Shown: positions 7,299-14,900, numbered from the stretch's first letter. The stretch: 24,000 bases of DNA from Streptomyces sp. 135 (GCF_020026305.1 NZ_CP075691.1:7347415-7371414), one strand, 5' to 3'. Numbers and translations: made by a program. Notes: a model not told the origin generated them from the letters alone.

Positions 7299-9331
7299 GA
7301 GGCGGACATGACCGGGGGACGAGGAGAAGTCATGCGGTGTGCGTATTGCCGGCGTGAGGTCATGTGTCGGCAGCCGCCGCTCGGCGGCCCGCCCTGCACG
7401 GGACAGATCCACGTGCACAGCAACGAGGAGGCATGCTTCCCCAAGCAGGGGGCGGCGAGTTCACGCGCCTGGCCGCCCGGCGGGTGCGGCTGCAGGCCCC
7501 GGAACCTGAAGGCACGCGTGACCGACCTGCCTCTTCCTCCCCCACCGCCGCGGGCACGTACGGAACGACTGACCGAGGTCGGCAAGGCATTCCTCGGCCT
7601 CGCACCGGGCGCGGGGGTGAACGTCGTCGGACTGGCGGACGGCGCGGGCGTGTGCGTCGTACAGACCGGGCGTGGCGGCGGCAAGGTGTACGTCGCACCG
7701 GGCCGGACCGTCCTGTTCGTCCCGTCCGCCATGGACTTCGACACCGGGCTCGCGGCCTTCCTCGGTGGCGCACGCACCCCCGCGAGAGGGTTTGAAGACA
7801 GGACTTGGCGTCGGGGGCCCTGCCGCGTCACTCTGTGCACCGCCCACAGCGCGAGCGCCCACTGAGCCGCGGCGCCGTAGCCCCCCAAGGGGCCACGTCC
7901 TGCACCGCCGCCGGTACCGTGACAGGGCGAGGGGTCCCCGCGCACGGTGCTCTCCTGGCCGCCGAGCACCCGCAGCGCGGCCCGCGCCTCGTTCATGGCG
8001 CTGTCACCGACCGCGAGCAACTCCACGCCCCTGCGGGCCACCTGATCCTGTGACAGGTGCTGCCGGGCCAGTTCGCCCATGACGTCCATCAGCGCTTCCC
8101 GGAACACCTCCGTGGCCGACAGGCCCGGGGCCATGCCGCGCACCGTGCCCTCGACGTTGGCCATGGGCTTGCCCAGCATGCCGATCATCGGGTTGGTGTG
8201 GATCCCGCGCCGGGCGGCGCAGCGCAGGATCGTGGACAGGGCCGCGCCGAAGTTCATGTCTTCGAGCCGGCTCATGGCCAATCGCGGTACGAGACGGGTG
8301 AGATCGGCACGGAAACCCGGCAGGTCCGTGCGCGGGGTCGACCGACCGAGTTCGAGCCAGGCGGCGGCCAGCCCGCGCGCGTCGTTCTGGGCGATGGCGG
8401 CGAACGCGAGCGCTCCCAGCGTTCCGGTGTGCCGGTCGACGCGTCCGGCCATTCCCCAGTCGATCAGAGTCGCCCCTGTCCCGGGGTGCGGGAAGACGTT
8501 CCCCGGGTGGGGGTCGGCGTGAAAGAAGTGCTCGACGAAGTAGCCCCGGTACATGTACCTGAGGAGTTCCGCGCCCACCCGCTCACGCTGCTCCTCGCAC
8601 AGGTCGCCCGCCGCCCCCGCACTGAGCGCCCGCCCGGGCGCCACGCTCTGGATCAGCACCCGCCGCCCGGCCCGCCGCACCTCGGGCACCGTGAGGTACG
8701 TGAAGCCCTCGGCCGCCTGGCGCCCGGCCTCCATGTGGGCGGCCTCGGCGGTGAAGTCCAGCTCCGGGCGCATGCGGTCGAAGATGCCCTGGAGAACCGC
8801 GTCCAGGTCAAGCACCTCCGCCAGCCGGGGAACCGCCCGCCCCGCCATGCGGGCCGCCCGCCGCACCGCCGCCATGTCCGCCCGCATCCGGCCCTCGATC
8901 CCGGGCCGCTGCACCTTGAGCACCGCATGGCTGCCGTCGTGCAGTACCACCGGGTACGCCTGCGCCAGGGACGCGGAACCGCAGGGCCGGCCCGTGTCGA
9001 CCTCGCGGGACAACTGCCGCCAGCCGCGGCCCAGTTCCTGCTCCAGGACCGGCTCGAGAACGGCGAACGGCGCGACCTTCACCGTGCCGTGCAGCCGCTC
9101 GAGCTCCGCCGTCAGGGCGCCGGAGACCAGATCCGGCCGGGTGGCGAGCACCTGCTTGACCTTGACGTAGAAGGGCCCCAGCGCCTCCATCGTCTCCCGG
9201 ATCCGCCGCGCCCGGCGGCGGTGCGCCTCCTCCCTGCCCGCAGCCGCATCGGCTCCGTCCCGCGCCGTGAGCACGTCGTGCGCGAGCAGTCCGGCAAGCC
9301 GGACCACATGAACGCCCCGTACCGCCTCCAT
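7124..9331 (-). CDS. ABC1/UbiB (AarF-type) atypical protein kinase; 3' end doubtful
   Basis: AAGGGG lies upstream of ATG 9331. Motifs seen: FYVKVKQVLATRPDL, ASLAQAY, AVLKVQRPGI, HADPHPGN, LIDWGM. Recognisable sequence stops near residue 490 (about 7860). The ORF then continues about 245 codons as low-complexity S/T/P/R sequence, antisense to two plus-strand ORFs, before the first stop at 7124. Confidence 0.8.
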   Translation of the reverse strand: MEAVRGVHVVRLAGLLAHDVLTARDGADAAAGREEAHRRRARRIRETMEALGPFYVKVKQVLATRPDLVSGALTAELERLHGTVKVAPFAVLEPVLEQELGRGWRQLSREVDTGRPCGSASLAQAYPVVLHDGSHAVLKVQRPGIEGRMRADMAAVRRAARMAGRAVPRLAEVLDLDAVLQGIFDRMRPELDFTAEAAHMEAGRQAAEGFTYLTVPEVRRAGRRVLIQSVAPGRALSAGAAGDLCEEQRERVGAELLRYMYRGYFVEHFFHADPHPGNVFPHPGTGATLIDWGMAGRVDRHTGTLGALAFAAIAQNDARGLAAAWLELGRSTPRTDLPGFRADLTRLVPRLAMSRLEDMNFGAALSTILRCAARRGIHTNPMIGMLGKPMANVEGTVRGMAPGLSATEVFREALMDVMGELARQHLSQDQVARRGVELLAVGDSAMNEARAALRVLGGQESTVRGDPSPCHGTGGGAGRGPLGGYGAAAQWALALWAVHRVTRQGPRRQVLSSNPLAGVRAPPRKAASPVSKSMADGTNRTVRPGATYTLPPPRPVCTTHTPAPSASPTTFTPAPGARPRNALPTSVSRSVRARGGGGGRGRSVTRAFRFRGLQPHPPGGQARELAAPCLGKHASSLLCTWICPVQGGPPSGGCRHMTSRRQYAHRMTSPRPPVMSASQLASMPRVAKVSRLPGATRVPSSTAVTRFRFGSSARSSREWMSKRSSSPPQAGAQCR
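7308..7865 (+). CDS. Hypothetical protein; only the C-terminal half looks protein-like and the start is uncertain
   Basis: The segment from about 7560 to 7790 (LTEVGKAFLGLAPGAGVNVVGLADGAGVCVVQTGRGGGKVYVAPGRTVLFVPSAMDFDTGLAAFLGG) has natural composition and good GC3. The opposite-strand reading of the same bases is Ser/Thr/Pro/Arg junk. The N-terminal 80 codons are Cys/Pro/Arg-rich and may be off-frame or non-coding. Confidence 0.4.
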   Translation: MTGGRGEVMRCAYCRREVMCRQPPLGGPPCTGQIHVHSNEEACFPKQGAASSRAWPPGGCGCRPRNLKARVTDLPLPPPPPRARTERLTEVGKAFLGLAPGAGVNVVGLADGAGVCVVQTGRGGGKVYVAPGRTVLFVPSAMDFDTGLAAFLGGARTPARGFEDRTWRRGPCRVTLCTAHSASAH

Positions 9332-9348
9332 GACCGCTGCCCCTTGCC

Positions 9349-9519
9349 TCAGGCCCGCCCCAGCAATCGGGCTCCGGACACATTCGACTCCCGGGCCATG
9401 AAGAACGCGGTGAAATCGTCCAGGAGTTCGGAGAGGCTGATCGTGCCGTCCTTGTCGACGTCGAGTTCGTCGAAACCGCGGTCGAGGTCACCGGGGTCGA
9501 TGCGGCCGACCGAGAACAC
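9349..9519 (-). pseudogene. 3' fragment of a calerythrin-like EF-hand calcium-binding protein gene
   Basis: It has a canonical EF-hand loop, DVDKDGTISLSE (9462 down to 9427), followed by LLDDFTAFFMARESNVSGARLLGRA*. That resembles the C-terminal end of multi-EF-hand actinomycete proteins, but only one EF hand is present. The only in-frame start candidate is GTG 9519. Confidence 0.55.
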
Positions 9520-9521
9520 CG

Positions 9522-9737
9522 GTCGGCAGCCGTGTCCGTCGCGTGGGCGAAGGCGTACAGGCACAGGATGTGCGGTTGCAGCCGGGCGGGGGCGAGGAGC
9601 CGGGTGGCGGCGTAGTAGGGGGGTTCGAGGCGGCGGACCTCGCGGGCGATGTCCCGGTAGGTGTCGCGCACCGGAAGCTCGTGGACTCCGGCGCGGTCCA
9701 GCGTGGCCCGGTAGGACGCGGGCGGCAGAGGCCTCAT
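9522..9737 (-). pseudogene. 5' fragment (~70 codons) of a phytoene/squalene-synthase-family gene
   Basis: MRPLPPASYRATLDRAGVHELPVRDTYRDIAREVRRLEPPYYAATRLLAPARLQPHILCLYAFAHATDTAAD fits the family N-terminus (Y..C..i.r....F..A.rlLP...R....lYAF.R..D...D), including the first DxxxD. The sense reading ends at about 9522. The rest of track ORF 8808..9737 is junk that overlaps the ABC1 gene. Confidence 0.6.
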
Positions 9738-10418
9738 TCAGGCCGCCCCCGCGTATCCGAAGCGGCGCTCGCGCCCGGCGTAGTCGGCCACCGCCTGCCA
9801 CAGGGCGAAGCGGTCGAAGCCCGGGAAGAGGACGTCGGTGAAGTACAGCTCCGCGTAAGCGCACTGCCACAGCAGGAAGTTGCTGATCCGGTGCTCGCCC
9901 GAGGTGCGGATGAGCAGGTCCACATCGGGTACGCCGGGCTGGTACAGCCTGCTGGCCAGTGACGCGACGTCGATGCGGTCCGGGCGCAGCCGTCCGTCGG
10001 CGGCGTCCCGTGCCAACTCGGCGGCCGCGCGCAGTAGTTCGTCGCAGGCGCCGTAGTCGACGCAGAAGACCAGGTCCAGGGTCCGGTTGCCCCGGGTGAG
10101 CTGTTCGAAGTCGGCGAGGGTACGGCCGAGGGCGGCGGGCACGCGGTCGCGCCGGCCGCACCACAGTTCTCGGTGGAGAACAGATAGAACGACAGGTACC
10201 GGACCCCTGCCTCCACGGCACCGTCGATGGTGTCGAGCAGGCGGGGCACGGCGGCGGCGAGCGGCCCACCGGCCATTGCCGTCGACGATCAAGGCCACGT
10301 GTGCGGGCACCCGCTCCGGTGCCGGGAGAGGCGGCCGGCCTCTGGACGGATGAGACTCCGATGTCAATGACGGCAATGACGGCAATGACGGCAATGACGG
10401 CGATGAGGCACCGGCCAT
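9738..10418 (-). pseudogene. cis-prenyltransferase (UPP synthase family) with a compensated double frame disruption
   Basis: HVALIVDGNGRWA and the C-terminal half (DLLIRTSGEHRISNFLLWQCAYAELYFTDVLFPGFD) are in one frame. The segment between them makes sense only in another frame (GPLAAAVPRLLDTIDGAVEAGVRYLSFYLFSTEN, from about 10260 down to 10165). That segment is also about 9 residues shorter than in E. coli UppS. The stop abuts the ATG of the next gene (TGAATG). Confidence 0.7.
10365..10409. repeat. 9-bp tandem repeat CAATGACGG x4, plus a degenerate fifth copy
   Basis: Four perfect head-to-tail copies lie at 10365-10400, followed by CGATGAGGC. On the minus strand they read (P)SLPSLPSLPSL in the N-terminal region of the prenyltransferase ORF, using the rare TCA and TTG codons. 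Confidence 0.9.
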
Positions 10419-10510
10419 TTTGTTCCACTCTCTTTCGCGCTGCTCCCGGCCTCGTTCGCACCCAGGCCTCCGCACGCTGAATCGCCCCGAATTCAGGCGC
10501 GAATTACGTG

Positions 10511-10558
10511 GAGAAGAGCAGCGGGAAGAGCTGCGGGAAGAGCCGCCGGAAGAGTCGC
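10511..10558. repeat. Four imperfect 12-bp direct repeats (GGAAGAGCNGC core) in a lower-GC intergenic region
   Basis: The copies are GAGAAGAGCAGC, GGGAAGAGCTGC, GGGAAGAGCCGC and CGGAAGAGTCGC. They lie upstream of the minus-strand prenyltransferase pseudogene and downstream of the methyltransferase stop. Confidence 0.75.
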
Positions 10559-10657
10559 GATGGAACGCACGCGCGAAATAGGCAGGCCATTTCGCTCATG
10601 CGGGGTGAATTTCAGAGTTCCTCCCCACACGGAACTGTCGAAGGAGTAATTGGCGCG

Positions 10658-11467
10658 TCATTTCCGGCACAGGATCTCGCCGTGGAGCACCACGAACCAG
10701 CCGTCCTCCTGGTCGCCCCACGCCCGCCACGCCGCCGCGATGTCCCGCAGCTGTCGTGCGTCCGCGTGGCCGCCCGACAGCGCGCGCTCGGCGTACGAGG
10801 AGGCGACGGTGCGGTCCGCCCACAGCTCGCTCCACCAGGCGCGTTCCTCGTCGGAGGAGTAGCACCACGTGGCGGCGCTCGCGGTGATGTCCGTCAAACC
10901 GGCCTCCAGGGCCCAGGACTTGAGGCGGCGCCCGGCGTCGGGCTCGCCGCCGTTGGCGCGGGCCACCCGCCGGTAGAGGTCCAGCCAGCCGTCCATGGCC
11001 GGCGCGTTCGGGTACCAGGTCATCGCCGCGTAGTCCGCGTCACGGACCGCGATGAGACCGCCCGGCCTGCAGACCCGCCGCATCTCGCTCAGCGCCCGCA
11101 CCGGGTCGCCCACGTGCTGGAGCACCTGATGGGCGTGGACGACGCAGAAGGTGTCGTCGGGATAGTCGAGGTCGTGCACGTCGGCGACGGCGAACTCCAC
11201 GTTGGCCAGACCGCGTTCGGCGGCCGTGTCGCGCGCCGTGCCGAGGATGTCGGGCGCGTGGTCCACGCCCGTGACATGGCCGTCCGGGACCAGCTCCGCC
11301 AGGTCGGCGGTGATGGTGCCGGGGCCGCAGCCGATGTCGAGGATCTTCATGTGCGGCTTCAGCGAACCGATGAGGTACGCGGCCGAGTTGGCGGCGGTGC
11401 GCCAGGTGTGGGAACGCAGGACGGACTCGTGGTGCCCGTGCGTGTAGACGGCGGTCTCCTTCGGCAT
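10658..11467 (-). CDS. Class I SAM-dependent methyltransferase
   Basis: The start is taken at ATG 11467 (MPKETAVYTHGHH), preceded by GAGGAG. The track ORF extends 38 codons further without support. Motif I is ILDIGCGPGTIT, with the acidic loop VTGVDHAP and CRPGGLIAVRD. Confidence 0.9.
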   Translation of the reverse strand: MPKETAVYTHGHHESVLRSHTWRTAANSAAYLIGSLKPHMKILDIGCGPGTITADLAELVPDGHVTGVDHAPDILGTARDTAAERGLANVEFAVADVHDLDYPDDTFCVVHAHQVLQHVGDPVRALSEMRRVCRPGGLIAVRDADYAAMTWYPNAPAMDGWLDLYRRVARANGGEPDAGRRLKSWALEAGLTDITASAATWCYSSDEERAWWSELWADRTVASSYAERALSGGHADARQLRDIAAAWRAWGDQEDGWFVVLHGEILCRK

Positions 11468-11597
11468 GGCGGAACTCCTCAAGGTTCGCTGCGTGCTTGC
11501 TGCGGTACGCCGAACCGTATGCCGCCATGCCGAAATATGAGACCCGCGTATCATTATGTGGTCAACGTGAGGGCAATCCATGTGGTCAGGCGTGTGG

Positions 11598-13111
11598 TCA
11601 GCCGGTGGTGGGGAGCGGGCGGTACACCGTCAGCGCCTCGGGCAGCTTGTCGAGCACCAACGCGCCCCGCACTTCGGCGACTTCACCGTCGTACGCCACG
11701 ACTGTGCCGGGGCTGACGCCGTCCACCCGCAGGCCGCGCAGCCGCAGCGCCGCCTGGGCGGGGGAGCGGACCGCCGGACCGGCGAGCGCGGCGGCGAGCA
11801 GCCGTGCGCGCGGCCGGTGACCGCCGTGCACGATCCGCAGGTCCAGCAGCCCGTCCGCCATGTCGAGCCGGCGGCCCGGCCCGAGCCCATAGCGGTGGTA
11901 CGTGCCGTTGCCCGCGAAGAGCAGCCACAACGGCCGCTCGCGCCCACGGAATTCGGCGGTCATCGGCTCCCGAGCGGACCGCGGCACCCGGAGGGCGGCG
12001 AGGACGGCCGCGGGCCGGTCGCCGAGACGGTGGGCCCAGCGCTCACGCCCGCGCACGAGTTCCGGATGGACGCCGATGCTGAAGGTGTTGAGGAAGATCC
12101 CCTCGGTCCGCTCCCGCGCGGCGGCGAGGCCGTCCCCGTCATCCGGCGAGGTGAAGCGCCCCACGTCGACCGCCACCGCACCGCCCTCCTCCACGGCGCG
12201 GCACAGGTCACGCGGCTCCTCCACCCCGATGTCGTACGCGAAGTGGTTCAGGCCGCCGCCCGGCAGCACCGCGAGCGGCAGCCCGTGGCGCAGGGCGACA
12301 CCGGCCGCGGCGTTGACGCGGCCGTCGCCGCCGCACACCCGAGGGCCCGCGCGCGAGCCGCCGCCTTCTCCAGCTCGGCGGGCATCGCCTCCCGGTCGCA
12401 GGTGATGACCTCCGCGAGCGGCAGGGCCTCGCGCAGGGCCTTCGTACGCTCGTCCGCGCGGCCCCGGCCTCGGCGACCAGGACCAGGCCGTCGCCGCCCG
12501 GCAGCGCGGGGTGTCGGCGCGCGGCCTGCCGGGCGAGGGCAGCTGGGTGCGGGTCGGCGCGAGGCCGCGCACCGCGAAGGCGGCGCCCGCGCCGAGGGCC
12601 GCGCCCGCGAGGACGTCGCTCGGGAAGTGCACGCCGGTGTAGACGCGGGAGAGCGCCACCGCGCCCGCGACGGGCGCGACCCCCGCGCCCCAGCCCCGCG
12701 ACTCCAGCGCCACCCCGGTCGCGAAGGCCGCGGCGGAGGCGGAGTGGCCCGAGGGGAACGACGTGGTGATGGGCTGCCGCTTCAGCTGCCGGATCAGCGG
12801 CACCGAATCGAGCACGGGCCGGGCGCGGCGCACCGAGCGCTTGCCGAGCGTGTTGATGGTCGCGGAGGCCAGCGCGAGCGAGGCGACCCGCGCACGGCGG
12901 CGCGGCGGGCCCGCGGCGAGCCGGTCGCCGCGATGGCCCCGGCCGCGGCGAACCACAGCACCCCGTGGTTGGCGCTGCGGCTGAGCCGGGGGAGGAAGCG
13001 GTCCGCGCCGGGCCAGTGTCGGGAGGCGACGGCTTCGAAGGCGCGGCAGTCGAGCGCGAGCAGCCTGGCACGCAGACCGTCCTGACGTGGAGCGGAGACA
13101 TCTGTGGTCAT
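11598..13111 (-). pseudogene. PAP2 phosphatase - diacylglycerol/lipid kinase (DAGK catalytic domain) fusion gene with four frame shifts
   Basis: The N-terminus MTTDVSAPRQDGLRARLLALDCRAFEAV...LWFAAAGAIAATG is in one frame. The PAP2 motifs (KRSVRRARP, PSGH, SRVYTGVHFPSD) are in a second frame. ALPGGDGLVLVA is in a third, and DERTKALREALPLAEVITCDREAMPAELEKAAARARALG is back in the first (N-terminal) frame. The read then returns to the second frame for VCGGDGRVNAAAGVALRHGLPLAVLPGGGLNHFAYDIG through the stop. Each switch is explained by one missing base in a C run on the plus strand (12887-12889, 12508-12511, 12454-12455, 12338-12340). Confidence 0.8.
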
Positions 13112-13118
13112 ACGGTGC

Positions 13119-13126
13119 GGGTACCC
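13119..13126. promoter_or_regulatory. GGGTACCC palindromic box between the divergent PAP2-DAGK and ABC-F genes
   Basis: This is an exact 8-mer, so GGGTAC reads on both strands. On the minus strand the hexamer ends 9 nt before the ATG at 13111. On the plus strand it lies 73 nt before the ATG at 13200. Confidence 0.3.
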
Positions 13127-13199
13127 CGGGGCGGTCGCCGCCACCACCGCGGGGAAACCGGTTTGCCCTCGCGGGTGCCCGGCACGGACAATCCGGCCC

Positions 13200-14828
13200 A
13201 TGGGACATCTGGAAGCCGCGCACCTGGAGTACTACTTGCCGGACGGGCGGGCGCTGCTCGGTGATGTCTCCTTCCGGGTCGGCGAGGGCGCCGTCGTCGC
13301 CCTGGTCGGGGCCAACGGCGCGGGCAAGACGACCCTTCTGCGGCTGGTCTCCGGCGAGCTGCAGCCGCACGGCGGCAGTGTCACCGTGAGCGGCGGGCTC
13401 GGCGTGATGCCGCAGTTCGTGGGTTCCGTGCGGGACGAGAGCACCGTGCGTGACCTGCTGGTCTCGGTCTCCCACCCGCGGATACGGGAAGCCGCGAAGG
13501 CGGTGGACGCGGCCGAGCACGCGATCATGACGGTCGACGACGAGGCCGCCCAGATGAGCTACGCCCAGGCGCTCTCCGACTGGGCGGAGGCGCAGGGCTA
13601 CGAGGCCGAGACGCTGTGGGACATCTGCACCACGGCCGCCCTCGGCATCCCCTACGACAAGGCCCAGTTCCGCGAGGTCCGCACCCTCTCCGGCGGCGAA
13701 CAGAAACGCCTCGTCCTGGAGGCGCTGCTGCGCGGCTCCGACGAGGTCCTGCTCCTGGACGAGCCGGACAACTACCTCGACGTGCCCGGCAAGCGCTGGC
13801 TGGAGGAGCGGCTGCGGGAGACCCGCAAGACCGTGCTCTTCGTCTCCCACGACCGGGAGCTGCTCGCCCGCGCCGCCCAGAAGATCATCAGCGTGGAGCC
13901 GAGCCCCGAGGGCGCCGACGCGTGGGTGCACGGCGGCGGCTTCGAGACGTTCCACGAGGCCCGCAAGCAGCGCTTCGCCCGCTTCGAGGAGCTGCGCCGC
14001 CGCTGGGACGAGAAGCACGAGCAGCTGAAGAAGCTGGTGCGCACCCTGCGCCAGGCCGCCGACGTCAGCCACGAGATGGCCTCGCGCTACCACGCGGCGC
14101 AGACCAGGCTCCGCAAGTTCGAGGAGGCCGGACCGCCGCCCGAGCCGCCGCGCGAGCAGGACATCACGATGCGCCTCCAGGGCGGACGTACCGGCGTACG
14201 GGCCGTGACCTGCGAGAACCTTGAGCTCACCGGCCTGATGAAACCCTTCGACCTGGAGGTCTTCTACGGCGAGCGGGTCGCCGTCCTCGGCTCGAACGGC
14301 TCCGGCAAGTCGCACTTCCTGCGCCTGCTCGCGGGCGACACCGACAACCCGGTCCCGCACACCGGCCACTGGAAGCTCGGCGCGCGCGTCGTGCCGGGCC
14401 ACTTCGCGCAGACCCACGCCCACCCCGAGCTGGCCGGCCGCACCCTCCTCGACATCCTGTGGCGCGAGCACGCGCAGGCCCGCGGCGCCGCCATGTCCCG
14501 GCTACGGCGCTACGAGCTGACCGGTCAGGCCGAGCAGAAGTTCGAGCGCCTCTCCGGAGGCCAGCAGGCCCGCTTCCAGATCCTCCTCCTGGAGCTGGAG
14601 GGCTGCACGGCCCTGCTCCTCGACGAGCCGACCGACAACCTCGACCTGGAGTCCGCGGAGGCTCTCCAGGAGGGCCTCGAAGCCTTCCAGGGCACGGTCC
14701 TCGCCGTCACCCACGACCGCTGGTTCGCCCGCTCCTTCGACCGCTACCTGGTCTTCGGCAGCGACGGCCGGGTCCGCGAGACGCCCGAGCCGGTCTGGGA
14801 CGAGCGCAGGGTGGAGCGCGCCCGCTAG
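13200..14828 (+). CDS. ABC-F family ATPase (two ABC domains, no transmembrane domain)
   Basis: The start is taken at ATG 13200 (MGHLEAAHLEYYLPDG). Walker A motifs are GANGAGKT and GSNGSGKS, signatures are LSGGEQ and LSGGQQ, and Walker B LLLDEP appears twice. A charged helical inter-domain linker of about 70 aa is present. Confidence 0.92.
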   Translation: MGHLEAAHLEYYLPDGRALLGDVSFRVGEGAVVALVGANGAGKTTLLRLVSGELQPHGGSVTVSGGLGVMPQFVGSVRDESTVRDLLVSVSHPRIREAAKAVDAAEHAIMTVDDEAAQMSYAQALSDWAEAQGYEAETLWDICTTAALGIPYDKAQFREVRTLSGGEQKRLVLEALLRGSDEVLLLDEPDNYLDVPGKRWLEERLRETRKTVLFVSHDRELLARAAQKIISVEPSPEGADAWVHGGGFETFHEARKQRFARFEELRRRWDEKHEQLKKLVRTLRQAADVSHEMASRYHAAQTRLRKFEEAGPPPEPPREQDITMRLQGGRTGVRAVTCENLELTGLMKPFDLEVFYGERVAVLGSNGSGKSHFLRLLAGDTDNPVPHTGHWKLGARVVPGHFAQTHAHPELAGRTLLDILWREHAQARGAAMSRLRRYELTGQAEQKFERLSGGQQARFQILLLELEGCTALLLDEPTDNLDLESAEALQEGLEAFQGTVLAVTHDRWFARSFDRYLVFGSDGRVRETPEPVWDERRVERAR

Positions 14829-14892
14829 GCGGCCCACGCGCCGCGCGCGCCCGCGCCGGGCGCGGTGCATCCTGGGGTAGTACGCGCCGAGA

Positions 14893-14900
14893 GGGTACCC
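14893..14900. promoter_or_regulatory. GGGTACCC palindromic box upstream of the small-protein/DinB operon
   Basis: Exact 8-mer in the 107-bp gap after the ABC-F gene. The plus-strand GGGTAC hexamer ends 37 nt upstream of ATG 14936, which has an AAGGAG Shine-Dalgarno sequence. Confidence 0.3.

Noticed and set aside
8057-9841. 594-aa plus-strand ORF opposite the ABC1 kinase, and similar giants at 14959..16875 (-), 17391..19577 (+) and 20479..23130 (+)
   Set aside because: Each lies antisense to, or off-frame from, genes with clear family motifs. Their translations are Arg/Pro/Gly/His-rich junk. The only exception is the short stretch of 20479..23130 that coincides with the start of the aminotransferase-like gene.
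10613-10637. Weak hairpin (AGTTCC / GGAACT) downstream of the methyltransferase stop as a terminator
   Set aside because: It has only a 6-bp perfect stem with a 9-nt loop and no U tract, which is not enough to call.
13104-13199. GTG 13104 as the ABC-F start (the track ORF start)
   Set aside because: It would overlap the divergent gene start at 13111 and add a non-conserved-looking 32-aa extension. ABC-F proteins begin close to the MGHLEAAHLEY-type strand that precedes Walker A.
13112-14471. Upstream two-thirds of the 957-aa minus-strand ORF 11598..14471
   Set aside because: Only the part up to 13111 corresponds to the PAP2-DAGK gene, and that part in mixed frames. The remainder is the antisense shadow of the ABC-F gene.
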